Shown in pieces: positions 28,000 through 36,944 of a stretch of DNA of 64,000 bases. The translations under genes and the position numbers were made by a program. How positions within the stretch are numbered: position 1 is the first letter of the stretch; every line of letters begins with the position of its first letter. Location of the stretch: contig OZ220733.1 of assembly GCA_965116875.1 (NCBI GenBank), positions 3,552,001 to 3,616,000 of the forward strand, written 5' to 3'. The notes beneath the pieces were generated by a model. It was not told the DNA's origin. It saw only the letters and a list, made by a program, of their open reading frames with translations, and ran no database searches. Origin of the DNA: Candidatus Latescibacterota bacterium. Lineage in GTDB: Bacteria; Latescibacterota; UBA2968; GCA-2709665.

Positions 28000-30336
28000 A
28001 TGAGACCCCAAATCCAGAATTCCATCGCCATCCTCCTCCTGCTGAACCTCGCAGCGTGTTCGCCACGGGAAACCGTGACCGTGTCGGGCGCGGTAAGCCG
28101 GCCGGGCGACGTCGGCTACCGTGCGGATTGGACGTTGGAGAATTACGTGGACGCGGCGGGCGGATACCTGGCCGAAGCGGATACGGGCCGCGTCGCTCTC
28201 GTCCGTGACGGGGCGGACAGCGTGGCGGCCGGCGCCCACGGCAACTTCCTGAAATGGGCGGTCGACGACGCCCCGGCCCCGTTGCCGGGCGACCTGATCG
28301 CAGTGCCGATGAAGTCCTATCGGGTCCGGTTCGATACGGTGATGGCGGTGAAAAACCTGCGGCTGGAACGGAAGGGTCACGTCTACCGGATGGAACTTGG
28401 AAAAGCGGCGCTCGGAACAACGTCGCGAGGGGTGGTGGCGGCCGTCTTATTCGGGAAAGGAGAGGTGATCCGGCAGGATTCCGGGAACCCGGCAGGTCCG
28501 TTTCAATACCTTTACGTTACAATGCATCCCGATCGGTACGGCGCGCTCCTGCCCGCGATCGAATCTCCGATCCCGGGCCGCGAGGCGATTGAAGACGCCA
28601 CGGCGCTGCACCGCTATCTGTTCAGGACGTCGGCATTCCGGGCGGGAGAACGGACACATCTTCCGCCCGAGGGCCATTTCCGGGTGCAGGCCGGCGTCTG
28701 GCTCCGGCCGAAAAACGCATCGCATCCCGGCGGCGGCGTGCGGAAACGGCATTACGGTGACGGCCGGGTATGGACGACGTATCCGGACGGAAGGCAGCGA
28801 TGGCGCGATGCGAACGGGCGAGTTGAGATGCAGTTTCCCAATAATACGAGGGAAACGCGGTTTCCGGATGGTTCGGTCCGAATGGAAGACCCGCTGGGCG
28901 GCGTACGGACAACGTACCCGGACGGCCGGATGGTGACCGAAGACGCCGGCGGCAACCGGCACCGGGTGTACCGGGACGGGCGTGAGGAATGGCGGCACGC
29001 GTCGGGAAACCGGATGACGATTTATCCCGACGGCCGGCGGGTACACCGGTTTGCCAGCGGAACCGTGCGCACGGTGCATCCCGACGGTGTCGAGCGGACG
29101 GTATTTTCCGACGGGACACGGCACGTGCAATATCCCGGCGGAAGGGTGGAGGTGGACGTGCCGGGAGATACGCGAGAGACGCGCTATCCGGATGGAAGTG
29201 TCGTTGCAATTACCCCCGAGGGGCATCGGATACGGGTCTTCGCGGACGGCCGTCAGTTTACGCGGATGAACGACGGCACCACGATTGAGCAGTTTCCGGA
29301 TGGACGAAAGGTACAGAAACACCCGTCGGGCGAGACGCTTGAGGTATTCGCCGATCGATCGCGCCGCACCGTGTATTCCGACGGATCGGAAACGGTGCGC
29401 CGTCCGGACGGCGTACGCGTCGCGCGGCTTGGAGACGGCACGGTGATCGAGGAATTCCCGGACGGCAGGATTGTGCAGACCGATACCTCGGGAACACGCC
29501 TCGAGTTTCTCACGCCGGATCGATATGTCGTTACGGACCGGGAGGGCAACCGCATTGAAGTAGGCCCCGACAGTACCGCCACGAAGCAATTAGCGGAGCC
29601 CTACCGGTACCGCGGCTCGATCCGGCGCGACCTGATCGGGATTGACCGCGTACCGGAACGAATCTCTCCCGGAATGGAGGCATTCATCCAGGGAACGTTG
29701 GGCGACGTCGTGAAATCGCTGTCTATGGCGGTTTTCGCGCTTCCCGGCGGCGATGTCCTGGATATGGCGACGAAGCACGATGCGGGACGTTTTTCCGGGT
29801 TCCTGCTGATCCGCGAACCCGGACACTACCGTCTGCAGATCCAGGGAAAACTGGAAAACGGCGACGCGCTCGTGCTGGAAGACCGCATGTTGATGGTCGG
29901 CAATCCGCCGCCTCTGGTGAAGCCTGCAATCGAGGTCGCGCTGTATCCTGGCGATGCGGCCGCGGGTCGCCGGCTGATGGAGCTCGTAAACCAGGTGCGC
30001 GCCGGGAAGGGCCGCATGAGACTGAAGTGGGACGACGACCTGGCCTACGCGGCGGGATCCCATCTGCAGGACATGCTGGCGTACGGCACTGTCTCGCACC
30101 GGTCGCCTATGTACGGAAACCTCACGAGCCGTCTGGAACGACTGAATATTCCATTTGAGGTCGCGCTGGAAAATCTGGCGAGGGCGCCCTCGTTGGAGGA
30201 AGCGCACTGGCACCTGATGTTGAGCGCCGAGCACAGGCGGAACATCCTCGAACCGCGACTGACCCATATCGGAATCGCCGTGACGCGTGAGCGGGGCCAG
30301 GTGTGGGTGGCTGAAATCTTCAAGCGGAGACATTAA
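28000..30336 (+). CDS. Lipoprotein: SLBB domain, 31 x 9-aa Tcp10_C/CPAP-like repeats, C-terminal CAP (SCP) domain
   Basis: Lipobox LLNLAAC; VTVSGAVSRPG...YVDAAGGY (SLBB); YPDG-type repeats; LVNQVRA, HLQDM, VSHRSP, ENLA, LMLSAEHRRNIL, IGIAV (CAP). Confidence 0.75.
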   Translation: MRPQIQNSIAILLLLNLAACSPRETVTVSGAVSRPGDVGYRADWTLENYVDAAGGYLAEADTGRVALVRDGADSVAAGAHGNFLKWAVDDAPAPLPGDLIAVPMKSYRVRFDTVMAVKNLRLERKGHVYRMELGKAALGTTSRGVVAAVLFGKGEVIRQDSGNPAGPFQYLYVTMHPDRYGALLPAIESPIPGREAIEDATALHRYLFRTSAFRAGERTHLPPEGHFRVQAGVWLRPKNASHPGGGVRKRHYGDGRVWTTYPDGRQRWRDANGRVEMQFPNNTRETRFPDGSVRMEDPLGGVRTTYPDGRMVTEDAGGNRHRVYRDGREEWRHASGNRMTIYPDGRRVHRFASGTVRTVHPDGVERTVFSDGTRHVQYPGGRVEVDVPGDTRETRYPDGSVVAITPEGHRIRVFADGRQFTRMNDGTTIEQFPDGRKVQKHPSGETLEVFADRSRRTVYSDGSETVRRPDGVRVARLGDGTVIEEFPDGRIVQTDTSGTRLEFLTPDRYVVTDREGNRIEVGPDSTATKQLAEPYRYRGSIRRDLIGIDRVPERISPGMEAFIQGTLGDVVKSLSMAVFALPGGDVLDMATKHDAGRFSGFLLIREPGHYRLQIQGKLENGDALVLEDRMLMVGNPPPLVKPAIEVALYPGDAAAGRRLMELVNQVRAGKGRMRLKWDDDLAYAAGSHLQDMLAYGTVSHRSPMYGNLTSRLERLNIPFEVALENLARAPSLEEAHWHLMLSAEHRRNILEPRLTHIGIAVTRERGQVWVAEIFKRRH
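28741..29577 (+). repeat. Coding tandem repeat: 31 units of 27 bp (9 aa)
   Basis: RKRHYGDGR/VWTTYPDGR/QRWRDANGR/.../RIEVGPDST with no indels. Confidence 0.85.
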
Positions 30337-30419
30337 CCAGGATTCGTATGTCTTTGTGGACGTTAATTCGAATATATGCAAGTTGATAAAGTCGATTCAA
30401 CTGCGGATTACCAGGATAC
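30337..30419 (-). mobile_element. Partial inverted copy of MITE family M2 at the CAP-gene stop codon
   Basis: Reverse complement GTATCCTGGTAATCCGC...GAATTAACGTCCAC...CGAATCCTGG-TTAA aligns to the right half of 26002-26192. Confidence 0.6.
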
Positions 30420-30432
30420 TCGAGGATTGGAC

Positions 30433-32667
30433 GTGAAGATCAGACGTGGGACAGCCTGCCTGGTCGTCGGCGCACTCGCCTGGTGCAACGCCGCTTTCGC
30501 GTCCGAAAGCGACCTGAAGTCGGCCGAAGATCGATTCCGGATTGCGGTCGAGCGGCTGGGACGGGTCTCGACCGAAGAGAGTCTCCGCGCGTTGAATGGC
30601 GTGCTGGCGCTGGATGAGAATCACGTCCGGGCGCACGTGGAAATCGCCATGCTGCATATATCTGAAAATACGCCTCTTGCCAGAAGCACTGCCGAGAAAT
30701 TCCTGCGTCGCGCAATCCGCCTGGAGCCGGGAAACGGGGACCATCGGGTGCTGCTGGGCGATCTCATGTGGACGCAGGGGTTCCTGTCGAATGCGAAAAG
30801 ACAATATGAGGAAGTCCTCGAGCGGGATCCGCGAAACGCTCGGGCGGCCTTCGGACTCGGAGTTTACTATGTAAAGGACTTTATCAAATACTGGAACATG
30901 ATCGACATGGAGGGAGATAACCATAGCGTGATGCTGGAGTGGCGGCATTTCGCCCGGGAATATCGCGACCTGGCAATCCTGAATCTCGGGCAGAGCATCC
31001 GTTACGATCCGGGATTTAAGGACGCCTATTACCAATTGGGCCTGGTCTATATGGAGGAGTTGAGATCCGCTCCCGATGCCGCCGGAAGGGCGCTGGTCAA
31101 CGTCGCCAACTCGCTGTTGAAGGCGTATCCCGCGGACAAGGACGCATTGTGGTTCGTCGGGTTGGGCTACCACACCGGCGGATATCCGGAAAAGGCATGG
31201 GATTTCTACGTCCGGGCGCTCGACAGAATGGACCTGGAGGAACGTTCGATCATCGAGTCGCTGGAGACCGTAGCTGACGACAAGGAACGGGTACGCGTAG
31301 CCGAAGCGGATTCGCAAACTCAGGAGGCCGGAGGCGGGTGGGTGGACACTTCCGAGCGGGAGCGGTTCTGGCGCAGACAGGACCCGCTGCTGCTGACGGA
31401 AAGGAACGAACGGAGAATGGAGCACTATCGCCGGGTGGCCTATGCCAATTTGCGGTTCGGCAAGCCGAGGCAAGGAATTGCGGGGTGGCGGACGGAAATG
31501 GGTCGGGTCTACATCAAATACGGAGACCCCCTCAGCCGCAGGGTGACGCGCCCCGAGGTCGACCAGCGGGGACGAACCGCTCAGGCGCACACCGAACTGT
31601 GGGCGTATGAAGGCTTTTCCTTTCGGTTCAGGAACTGGAACGGGCTGGACGGGTGGCATTTCGACGTCAGTTCTCTGTTTTTTCCCTATGGAGAATGGGT
31701 CCTCAAGCGGACGCCGCAGCGATTCGTCGATCCCTATCGCGACCTGAAATACAGCATGCCGTACCAGGTGGCCGCGTTTCGAGACGACGGCAGGATACGT
31801 CTGGAAGTGGCTTACGCGATTGCGAAGGAGCGACTGAGGACGTCCGAAAGGGGCGCCGTCGACCTGCAGGACGGGCTTTTCCTGTTCGACCGCGACTGGA
31901 ATGAGGTCTCACGGGCCGTGTACGAAACCCGGAGGCTGGCGGACGCGGGAGAGGACAGTCTCAGGGGGCGGTACCTTCTGTCGCAGTCCAGGCTGATGAT
32001 TGAACCGGGGGACTATCATCTCATCGCCGAGGTGCGGGACCGTCGGACCCGGTCCATCGGGACGTTCGGGGACACGTTCGCCTTTGCAGCGGAAGATACC
32101 TCGCCCGCGATGAGCGATTTGCTGGTGGCAACCGGCATCGAGATGGACGATCCGTTCCCCGAGCGGCGGGACGATCTGAGGGTAGCGTCGAATCCCCTCC
32201 ACGCGTTTTATCGCTCGGAGTCCGTGTACGTCTATTTCGAGGTCTACAATCTGACGCGGGATGATTTCGGTCGGACGAAATACGAGATCACCTATGGGAT
32301 CGGACAGCCGGAAGAGACGGAGGTGGTTCCCGGGAGATTCGAGGCCGTGGCGCTGGCGGAACCGCCCGGGAAGGTGCGTTTACGGATTGGAGCGGTGAGG
32401 GAGGACGGGCCCGTCGAATACCAGGTGAGGTACATTCCTGCCGAACGGGACAGGGTTTCGAGGATGTTTCAGAAGTTCGAAAGTGAGTCGGGAGAAACCG
32501 CGGTTACCGTTCGTTACGAAGGAGACCGGGCGGATGATTTCACCTATCTTCAGATCGACCTGGAAAGCGTGCCGTCGGGGGTCCACGCCCTGTCGGTAGA
32601 ACTGAAGGACCTGAACAGTGGGGGCAAGGGGGACGAGAGACGCGTGTTGTTCCGCGTGATCGAGTGA
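30433..32667 (+). CDS. TPR + GWxTD-domain secreted protein
   Basis: Signal peptide (NAAFA), TPR helices, FWRRQDP...NERRMEHYRRVAYANLRF...GWRTEMGRVYIKYG; GTG start outside the M2 repeat. Confidence 0.8.
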   Translation: MKIRRGTACLVVGALAWCNAAFASESDLKSAEDRFRIAVERLGRVSTEESLRALNGVLALDENHVRAHVEIAMLHISENTPLARSTAEKFLRRAIRLEPGNGDHRVLLGDLMWTQGFLSNAKRQYEEVLERDPRNARAAFGLGVYYVKDFIKYWNMIDMEGDNHSVMLEWRHFAREYRDLAILNLGQSIRYDPGFKDAYYQLGLVYMEELRSAPDAAGRALVNVANSLLKAYPADKDALWFVGLGYHTGGYPEKAWDFYVRALDRMDLEERSIIESLETVADDKERVRVAEADSQTQEAGGGWVDTSERERFWRRQDPLLLTERNERRMEHYRRVAYANLRFGKPRQGIAGWRTEMGRVYIKYGDPLSRRVTRPEVDQRGRTAQAHTELWAYEGFSFRFRNWNGLDGWHFDVSSLFFPYGEWVLKRTPQRFVDPYRDLKYSMPYQVAAFRDDGRIRLEVAYAIAKERLRTSERGAVDLQDGLFLFDRDWNEVSRAVYETRRLADAGEDSLRGRYLLSQSRLMIEPGDYHLIAEVRDRRTRSIGTFGDTFAFAAEDTSPAMSDLLVATGIEMDDPFPERRDDLRVASNPLHAFYRSESVYVYFEVYNLTRDDFGRTKYEITYGIGQPEETEVVPGRFEAVALAEPPGKVRLRIGAVREDGPVEYQVRYIPAERDRVSRMFQKFESESGETAVTVRYEGDRADDFTYLQIDLESVPSGVHALSVELKDLNSGGKGDERRVLFRVIE

Positions 32668-32718
32668 ACAGGCAAGACGTGATACGGCAGACGGCAGAGG
32701 TCCACCCCTCGCCCGGAG

Positions 32719-33516
32719 TTATTCCACCCGAATGACGTCGCCGGGCACATTCAGTTGAAACCGGCGATCCGGAACGCCGGAATTGACTTTCCGGCTGATG
32801 ACCTGAATCCGGATCCGGTTTCCGCCCTGAACGATCTCCATCCGGCGCGGAAGGGCGATGCCGTTCTGAAGCTGGTATTCGGAGAGGATTCGGCGGGAGA
32901 TCAACACACCCTGAGGCGAGAAGACCTGTTCTTCGAGAAGGACCGCCGTGCGGGGATCGAATCGAAGGCGGCGCGTCCACAGCGGTTCGATAATCTCCAC
33001 GACAAGACTGTCGCGGTGGGTCACATATTCGCCGATTCGCGGCAGACTCAGTGGAGAAAGATTGACGAGGCCCAATATCGCCTCTCGCGCGCCGTAGGGC
33101 GTGAGATCCACTCCGGTAACGGTGCGCAGCACGTCCTCCGAAGGTCCCACTATGTGGTGGTTGGTCCTGGCCAGGTATACCGCGAGCGAGTCGCCGCTGG
33201 CAAGCGCGGAGAGTACGCTGCTGAACAGCACCTTCATCTCGATCTTCAGAGCGTCCGGCGACCGGTGGAAGAGGACGACAATGCCGTTCTGTTTGACGCC
33301 GTCAACCCGCATGTTGATTTTGGCGCGTACCTCAAGGTCCTGAAGGCTGTCGGACCTAGAGGAGACGGTGCGCAGCAGGTCGGAGGGGGTGGAAAGGGGT
33401 GCGACTTCCGGTAGACGGGAAAGGGACGCGGCGCATCCCGAAAGCACGAGAAGGAAGAAACAAAGTGCGGGTGTCGACGCGATGGAACGCGTTCCGGACC
33501 TCTGCCGACGTACCAT
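32719..33516 (-). CDS. DUF4292 / LolA-LolB-like lipoprotein
   Basis: Lipobox LVLSGC, beta-rich body, C-terminal FQLNVP; directly downstream of the TPR gene. Confidence 0.55.
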   Translation of the reverse strand: MVRRQRSGTRSIASTPALCFFLLVLSGCAASLSRLPEVAPLSTPSDLLRTVSSRSDSLQDLEVRAKINMRVDGVKQNGIVVLFHRSPDALKIEMKVLFSSVLSALASGDSLAVYLARTNHHIVGPSEDVLRTVTGVDLTPYGAREAILGLVNLSPLSLPRIGEYVTHRDSLVVEIIEPLWTRRLRFDPRTAVLLEEQVFSPQGVLISRRILSEYQLQNGIALPRRMEIVQGGNRIRIQVISRKVNSGVPDRRFQLNVPGDVIRVE

Positions 33517-33517
33517 T

Positions 33518-35428
33518 TCAGGGTCCGCTTGCGTCGTTTGGACGGAACGATTGCAGTTTGCGCCGGATGGATTCGTTGCCGGGAGCCAGATCGGCGGCCC
33601 GCCGCCAGTGTTCGAGGGCTTCGTCGACATTGCCCAGGGCCCGTGCGGCATCGCCGACGTGGTCCAGAATGATCGACAGATTTTCAAGCTGACCGGTTGT
33701 CCGGAACTCCTTTTCGATCGTGTTCAGCCTGCTTTCCTCGGCCTGCAATGCGCGCTTGAGAAATCGCATTGCTTCCCTGTATCGCTGTTGCTGGAAATAG
33801 ACCCAGCCCATGCTGTCCAGGTACGCGCCGTTCTTCGGGTCGCCCTTCAATGCCCGTTCGATATATTCCTCAGCTTCGCCAAGGCGAACGCCTTTTTCCG
33901 CGTACATGTACCCCAGATAGTTCAGTGCCCGGTGGTTATCCGGCGCCCGGGCCAGAAGGCGCTGGAATACGGCGACGGCGCTATCGAACCGCCCTGCGCG
34001 CTCGTAGCCGTGACCCAGGTCGTACAATACGTCCTCCAGGAGTTCGGTGTCGTCTTCGAGCCGGCTCAGAAGGCTTTCGAGTTCCGGAATCGCGGATTCC
34101 CAGTCCTTCTCTACCAGATAGGTGCGGCCAACCGCCAACCGAAAGCGAAGGTCTTCCGGCCGGGCGTTAACGGCCTGGCTGTACACCTCTCTGGCCTGTG
34201 ACGTACGACTGCTCGCCTCGTACGCCCGCCCGAGATTGAACGCGATCCGGGTGTAGAGTTCGGAGTCGGCCGGCGTCTCGCCGAAGAGTCCATTGAGAAT
34301 CCCGATGGCGGGCTCCCAGTCCCGTTGGTTCAGATAGCTGTGGGCAACGCCCAGGCTGTACATCGGATCGGACCTAAGAGATATCGCCTGTCGGAAGAGG
34401 TCTCGTGCCTCGCCGGAGCGATTCGTGTCGAGAAGCAGCGAGGCCTTCCGCCCCAGCAGGTCGTGTCGTTCCGGAAACACGCCGATCAGGCGATCCAAAA
34501 CGGCTTCGGTATGTCCGTATCGGCGCTTCTTCAGTTCGCTTTCGCCATCGGAACGCGGAATGCTCTGCGGGAGGTGAAGTGACAGCCGGTCCAGGAAGAG
34601 CGTGTCCGGTGGCGTTTCCGAAATCAGGTCTGCCAGATGGTCTTCACGATCGTAAATCACAATCAGTTTCTTCCAGAGCGTGAGCGTGGTCTTGTTCAGG
34701 CGGTGCTGAGCGTGCGCCAGGCCGGAGCGGTATATCGTTGCGGCCTCCAGCGTGTCTCCCCCGGCGAGCGTCAGGTCGCCGAGGAGATTCCAGATCGGGA
34801 CCTGTTCCGGGTCGCGATGCAGGATACGGCGATAGATGGCGCCCGCCATGAGGGGCAGATTCAGCCGCTGATAACCGTCGGCGATCAACAGATCGAACCG
34901 GATGTTCGGCGTTGGCACGGACGCGGCCCGGTCCAGGATCCGGAGGACGTCCTGGCGCTGGCGTCTGGCCGTGTAGATCTGGAGAAGGAGGGTATAAGCC
35001 CTGAAATCCGCGGGATTCAGGCGCGTGATGGCCTCGAGCTGAGCCGTTGCCAGCAGGGTATCCCGCTTCCCTTCGACAAGGGTGTCGTACAGCAGCCATC
35101 GATGGGCCGCGGACCGGGGTTCCAACTGCACGGCTTTTCGTGCCGCTTCGTCTGCTTCGGCGAGGCGGTTCAAGGCGATCAGATTGTGAGCGAGCGAATT
35201 GTACAGCGTGGCGGCGGTGGAATCGATGGCAATGGCCGCCTCCAGCGACGCTACGGCTTCTTCGATCTGCCCTGCAATCTTGAACCTCTTGGCGTCGATG
35301 AAATGACCCAGCGCCCGGGAATCCGTCCCGCGGAGTTCGGCCCGGGGAGGATCGACGGCACTTCCGGGCGCGGCGCAACCCGCGAGGCCCGTGAAACCGA
35401 GGAGGATGAGGACTGTGCGTGTTTTCAT
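33518..35428 (-). CDS. Tetratricopeptide-repeat lipoprotein
   Basis: Lipobox GLAGC, multiple TPRs, ALNYLGYMYAE...AYLDSMGWVYF. Confidence 0.85.
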   Translation of the reverse strand: MKTRTVLILLGFTGLAGCAAPGSAVDPPRAELRGTDSRALGHFIDAKRFKIAGQIEEAVASLEAAIAIDSTAATLYNSLAHNLIALNRLAEADEAARKAVQLEPRSAAHRWLLYDTLVEGKRDTLLATAQLEAITRLNPADFRAYTLLLQIYTARRQRQDVLRILDRAASVPTPNIRFDLLIADGYQRLNLPLMAGAIYRRILHRDPEQVPIWNLLGDLTLAGGDTLEAATIYRSGLAHAQHRLNKTTLTLWKKLIVIYDREDHLADLISETPPDTLFLDRLSLHLPQSIPRSDGESELKKRRYGHTEAVLDRLIGVFPERHDLLGRKASLLLDTNRSGEARDLFRQAISLRSDPMYSLGVAHSYLNQRDWEPAIGILNGLFGETPADSELYTRIAFNLGRAYEASSRTSQAREVYSQAVNARPEDLRFRLAVGRTYLVEKDWESAIPELESLLSRLEDDTELLEDVLYDLGHGYERAGRFDSAVAVFQRLLARAPDNHRALNYLGYMYAEKGVRLGEAEEYIERALKGDPKNGAYLDSMGWVYFQQQRYREAMRFLKRALQAEESRLNTIEKEFRTTGQLENLSIILDHVGDAARALGNVDEALEHWRRAADLAPGNESIRRKLQSFRPNDASGP

Positions 35429-35516
35429 ATTTTACGCGTCGAATCTCCGGCACAATGGACGTTCGACAGGAAGAGCGACCGGATGGAAGGGGATTCAGAC
35501 AGTTTCACGATTCGGA

Positions 35517-36929
35517 TCAGAAAAGGTTGCCCGCCCTTTTCTCGAGCAGCAGCTTGCCGGCCTCGTTTTCGATCGGGATCGGATAGTCCTGCGTAAAGCA
35601 GGCCGTGCAATACTGGAGCGAGGAGTTGGGGGCCACGCCGAGCATGCCGTCGAGTGAGAGATAGCCAAGGCTGTCCACGCCGAGATGTTCTCGGATTTGT
35701 TCCACGGTTTTGGCGCTGGCGATCAGTTCCTTTTCGGTTTGAAAGTCAATTCCGTAAAAGCACGGACCCACAATGGGAGGGCAGCTCACGCGTACGTGGA
35801 CCTGGCGGGCGCCCGCTTCACGCAACATTCGTACCAGGTGTTTGAGGGTGGTGCCCCGCACAATCGAATCTTCCACGACGACCACCCGTTTCCCGCTCAG
35901 AACGCCCCTGACCGGGTTGAATTTGAGGCGGACCTTGGACGATCGACTGTCCTGCCCGGGAGTGATGAACGTGCGCCCGACGTAATGGTTGCGAATCAGG
36001 CCGATTTCGTGTTTGATGCCGGACTGGTTGGCGTAACCCAGCGCCGCGGTATTACTGGAGTCCGGAACGGATATCACGATGTCCGCGGTGGCGGGCTGTT
36101 CCAGGGCGAGTTGTCTGCCGAGCCGCCGCCGGGTCTTGTCCACGTTGTCGCCGAAGATTATGCTGTCGGGCCGTGAAAAATAGATGTACTCGAAAATGCA
36201 GAATGCGTGGCGATCGGCTTCCGACGTCGTATAGGCGCGGAGACCGTGCGAATTGATCGTCACGAGTTCGCCGGGTTCGATGTCGCGAATATAGCGTGCC
36301 GAGATGATGTCGAGCGCGCACGATTCGGAGGCGACGATCCAGGCATCGCCCAGCTGACCCAGGCACAAGGGACGGAATCCGAAGGGATCGCGCGCCGCGA
36401 ACAACTGGTTTTCGGTGGCAAGGACGAGCGAATACGCGCCCTCGATCCGCTGTAAGGCGTCCATAATTCGATCGGCCATCTTCTCTTCTCTGGATCTGGC
36501 GACGAGGTGCAGGATCAGTTCGCTGTCGGTCGTCGTCTGGAAGATGGCGCCGTCGTCCTGCATCCCGTTGCGGAGTTCGGCCGTATTCGTGAGGTTCCCG
36601 TTGTGTGCGACGGCGACGAACGCGTCCCGGCATTCCGCCAGAAAGGGTTGGGCGTTGGTGAGGGTGTCGGATCCGGTGGTGGAGTACCGATTGTGCCCGA
36701 TGGCGAGGTGGCCCGGCAGCCGATCCAGCACGGCGCCGTCGCCGAACACGTCGGCAACCTGGCCCATTTCGGTATGGCGAAACAGGGTTTCGCCGTTACC
36801 GGAAACGATGCCGCTGCTCTCCTCACCCCGGTGCTGCAGGGCGTGCAGGCCCAGCGTGGTCAGTTTCGCCGCATCGCTGTCCCCATAGACGCCGAAGATA
36901 CCGCAAAAGTGTTTCACATTCTGATCCAT
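35517..36929 (-). CDS. purF: Amidophosphoribosyltransferase
   Basis: Propeptide then CGIFG, LQHRGEES, HNRYSTTG, VEDSIVRGTT, Fe-S cysteines. Confidence 0.97.
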   Translation of the reverse strand: MDQNVKHFCGIFGVYGDSDAAKLTTLGLHALQHRGEESSGIVSGNGETLFRHTEMGQVADVFGDGAVLDRLPGHLAIGHNRYSTTGSDTLTNAQPFLAECRDAFVAVAHNGNLTNTAELRNGMQDDGAIFQTTTDSELILHLVARSREEKMADRIMDALQRIEGAYSLVLATENQLFAARDPFGFRPLCLGQLGDAWIVASESCALDIISARYIRDIEPGELVTINSHGLRAYTTSEADRHAFCIFEYIYFSRPDSIIFGDNVDKTRRRLGRQLALEQPATADIVISVPDSSNTAALGYANQSGIKHEIGLIRNHYVGRTFITPGQDSRSSKVRLKFNPVRGVLSGKRVVVVEDSIVRGTTLKHLVRMLREAGARQVHVRVSCPPIVGPCFYGIDFQTEKELIASAKTVEQIREHLGVDSLGYLSLDGMLGVAPNSSLQYCTACFTQDYPIPIENEAGKLLLEKRAGNLF

Positions 36930-36944
36930 CGGCCCTCCTGCCTG

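Noticed and set aside
28741-29577. Regular 27-bp periodicity as a possible CRISPR array
   Set aside because: Conservation is at the protein level inside an ORF; no identical DNA repeats with spacers and no cas genes.
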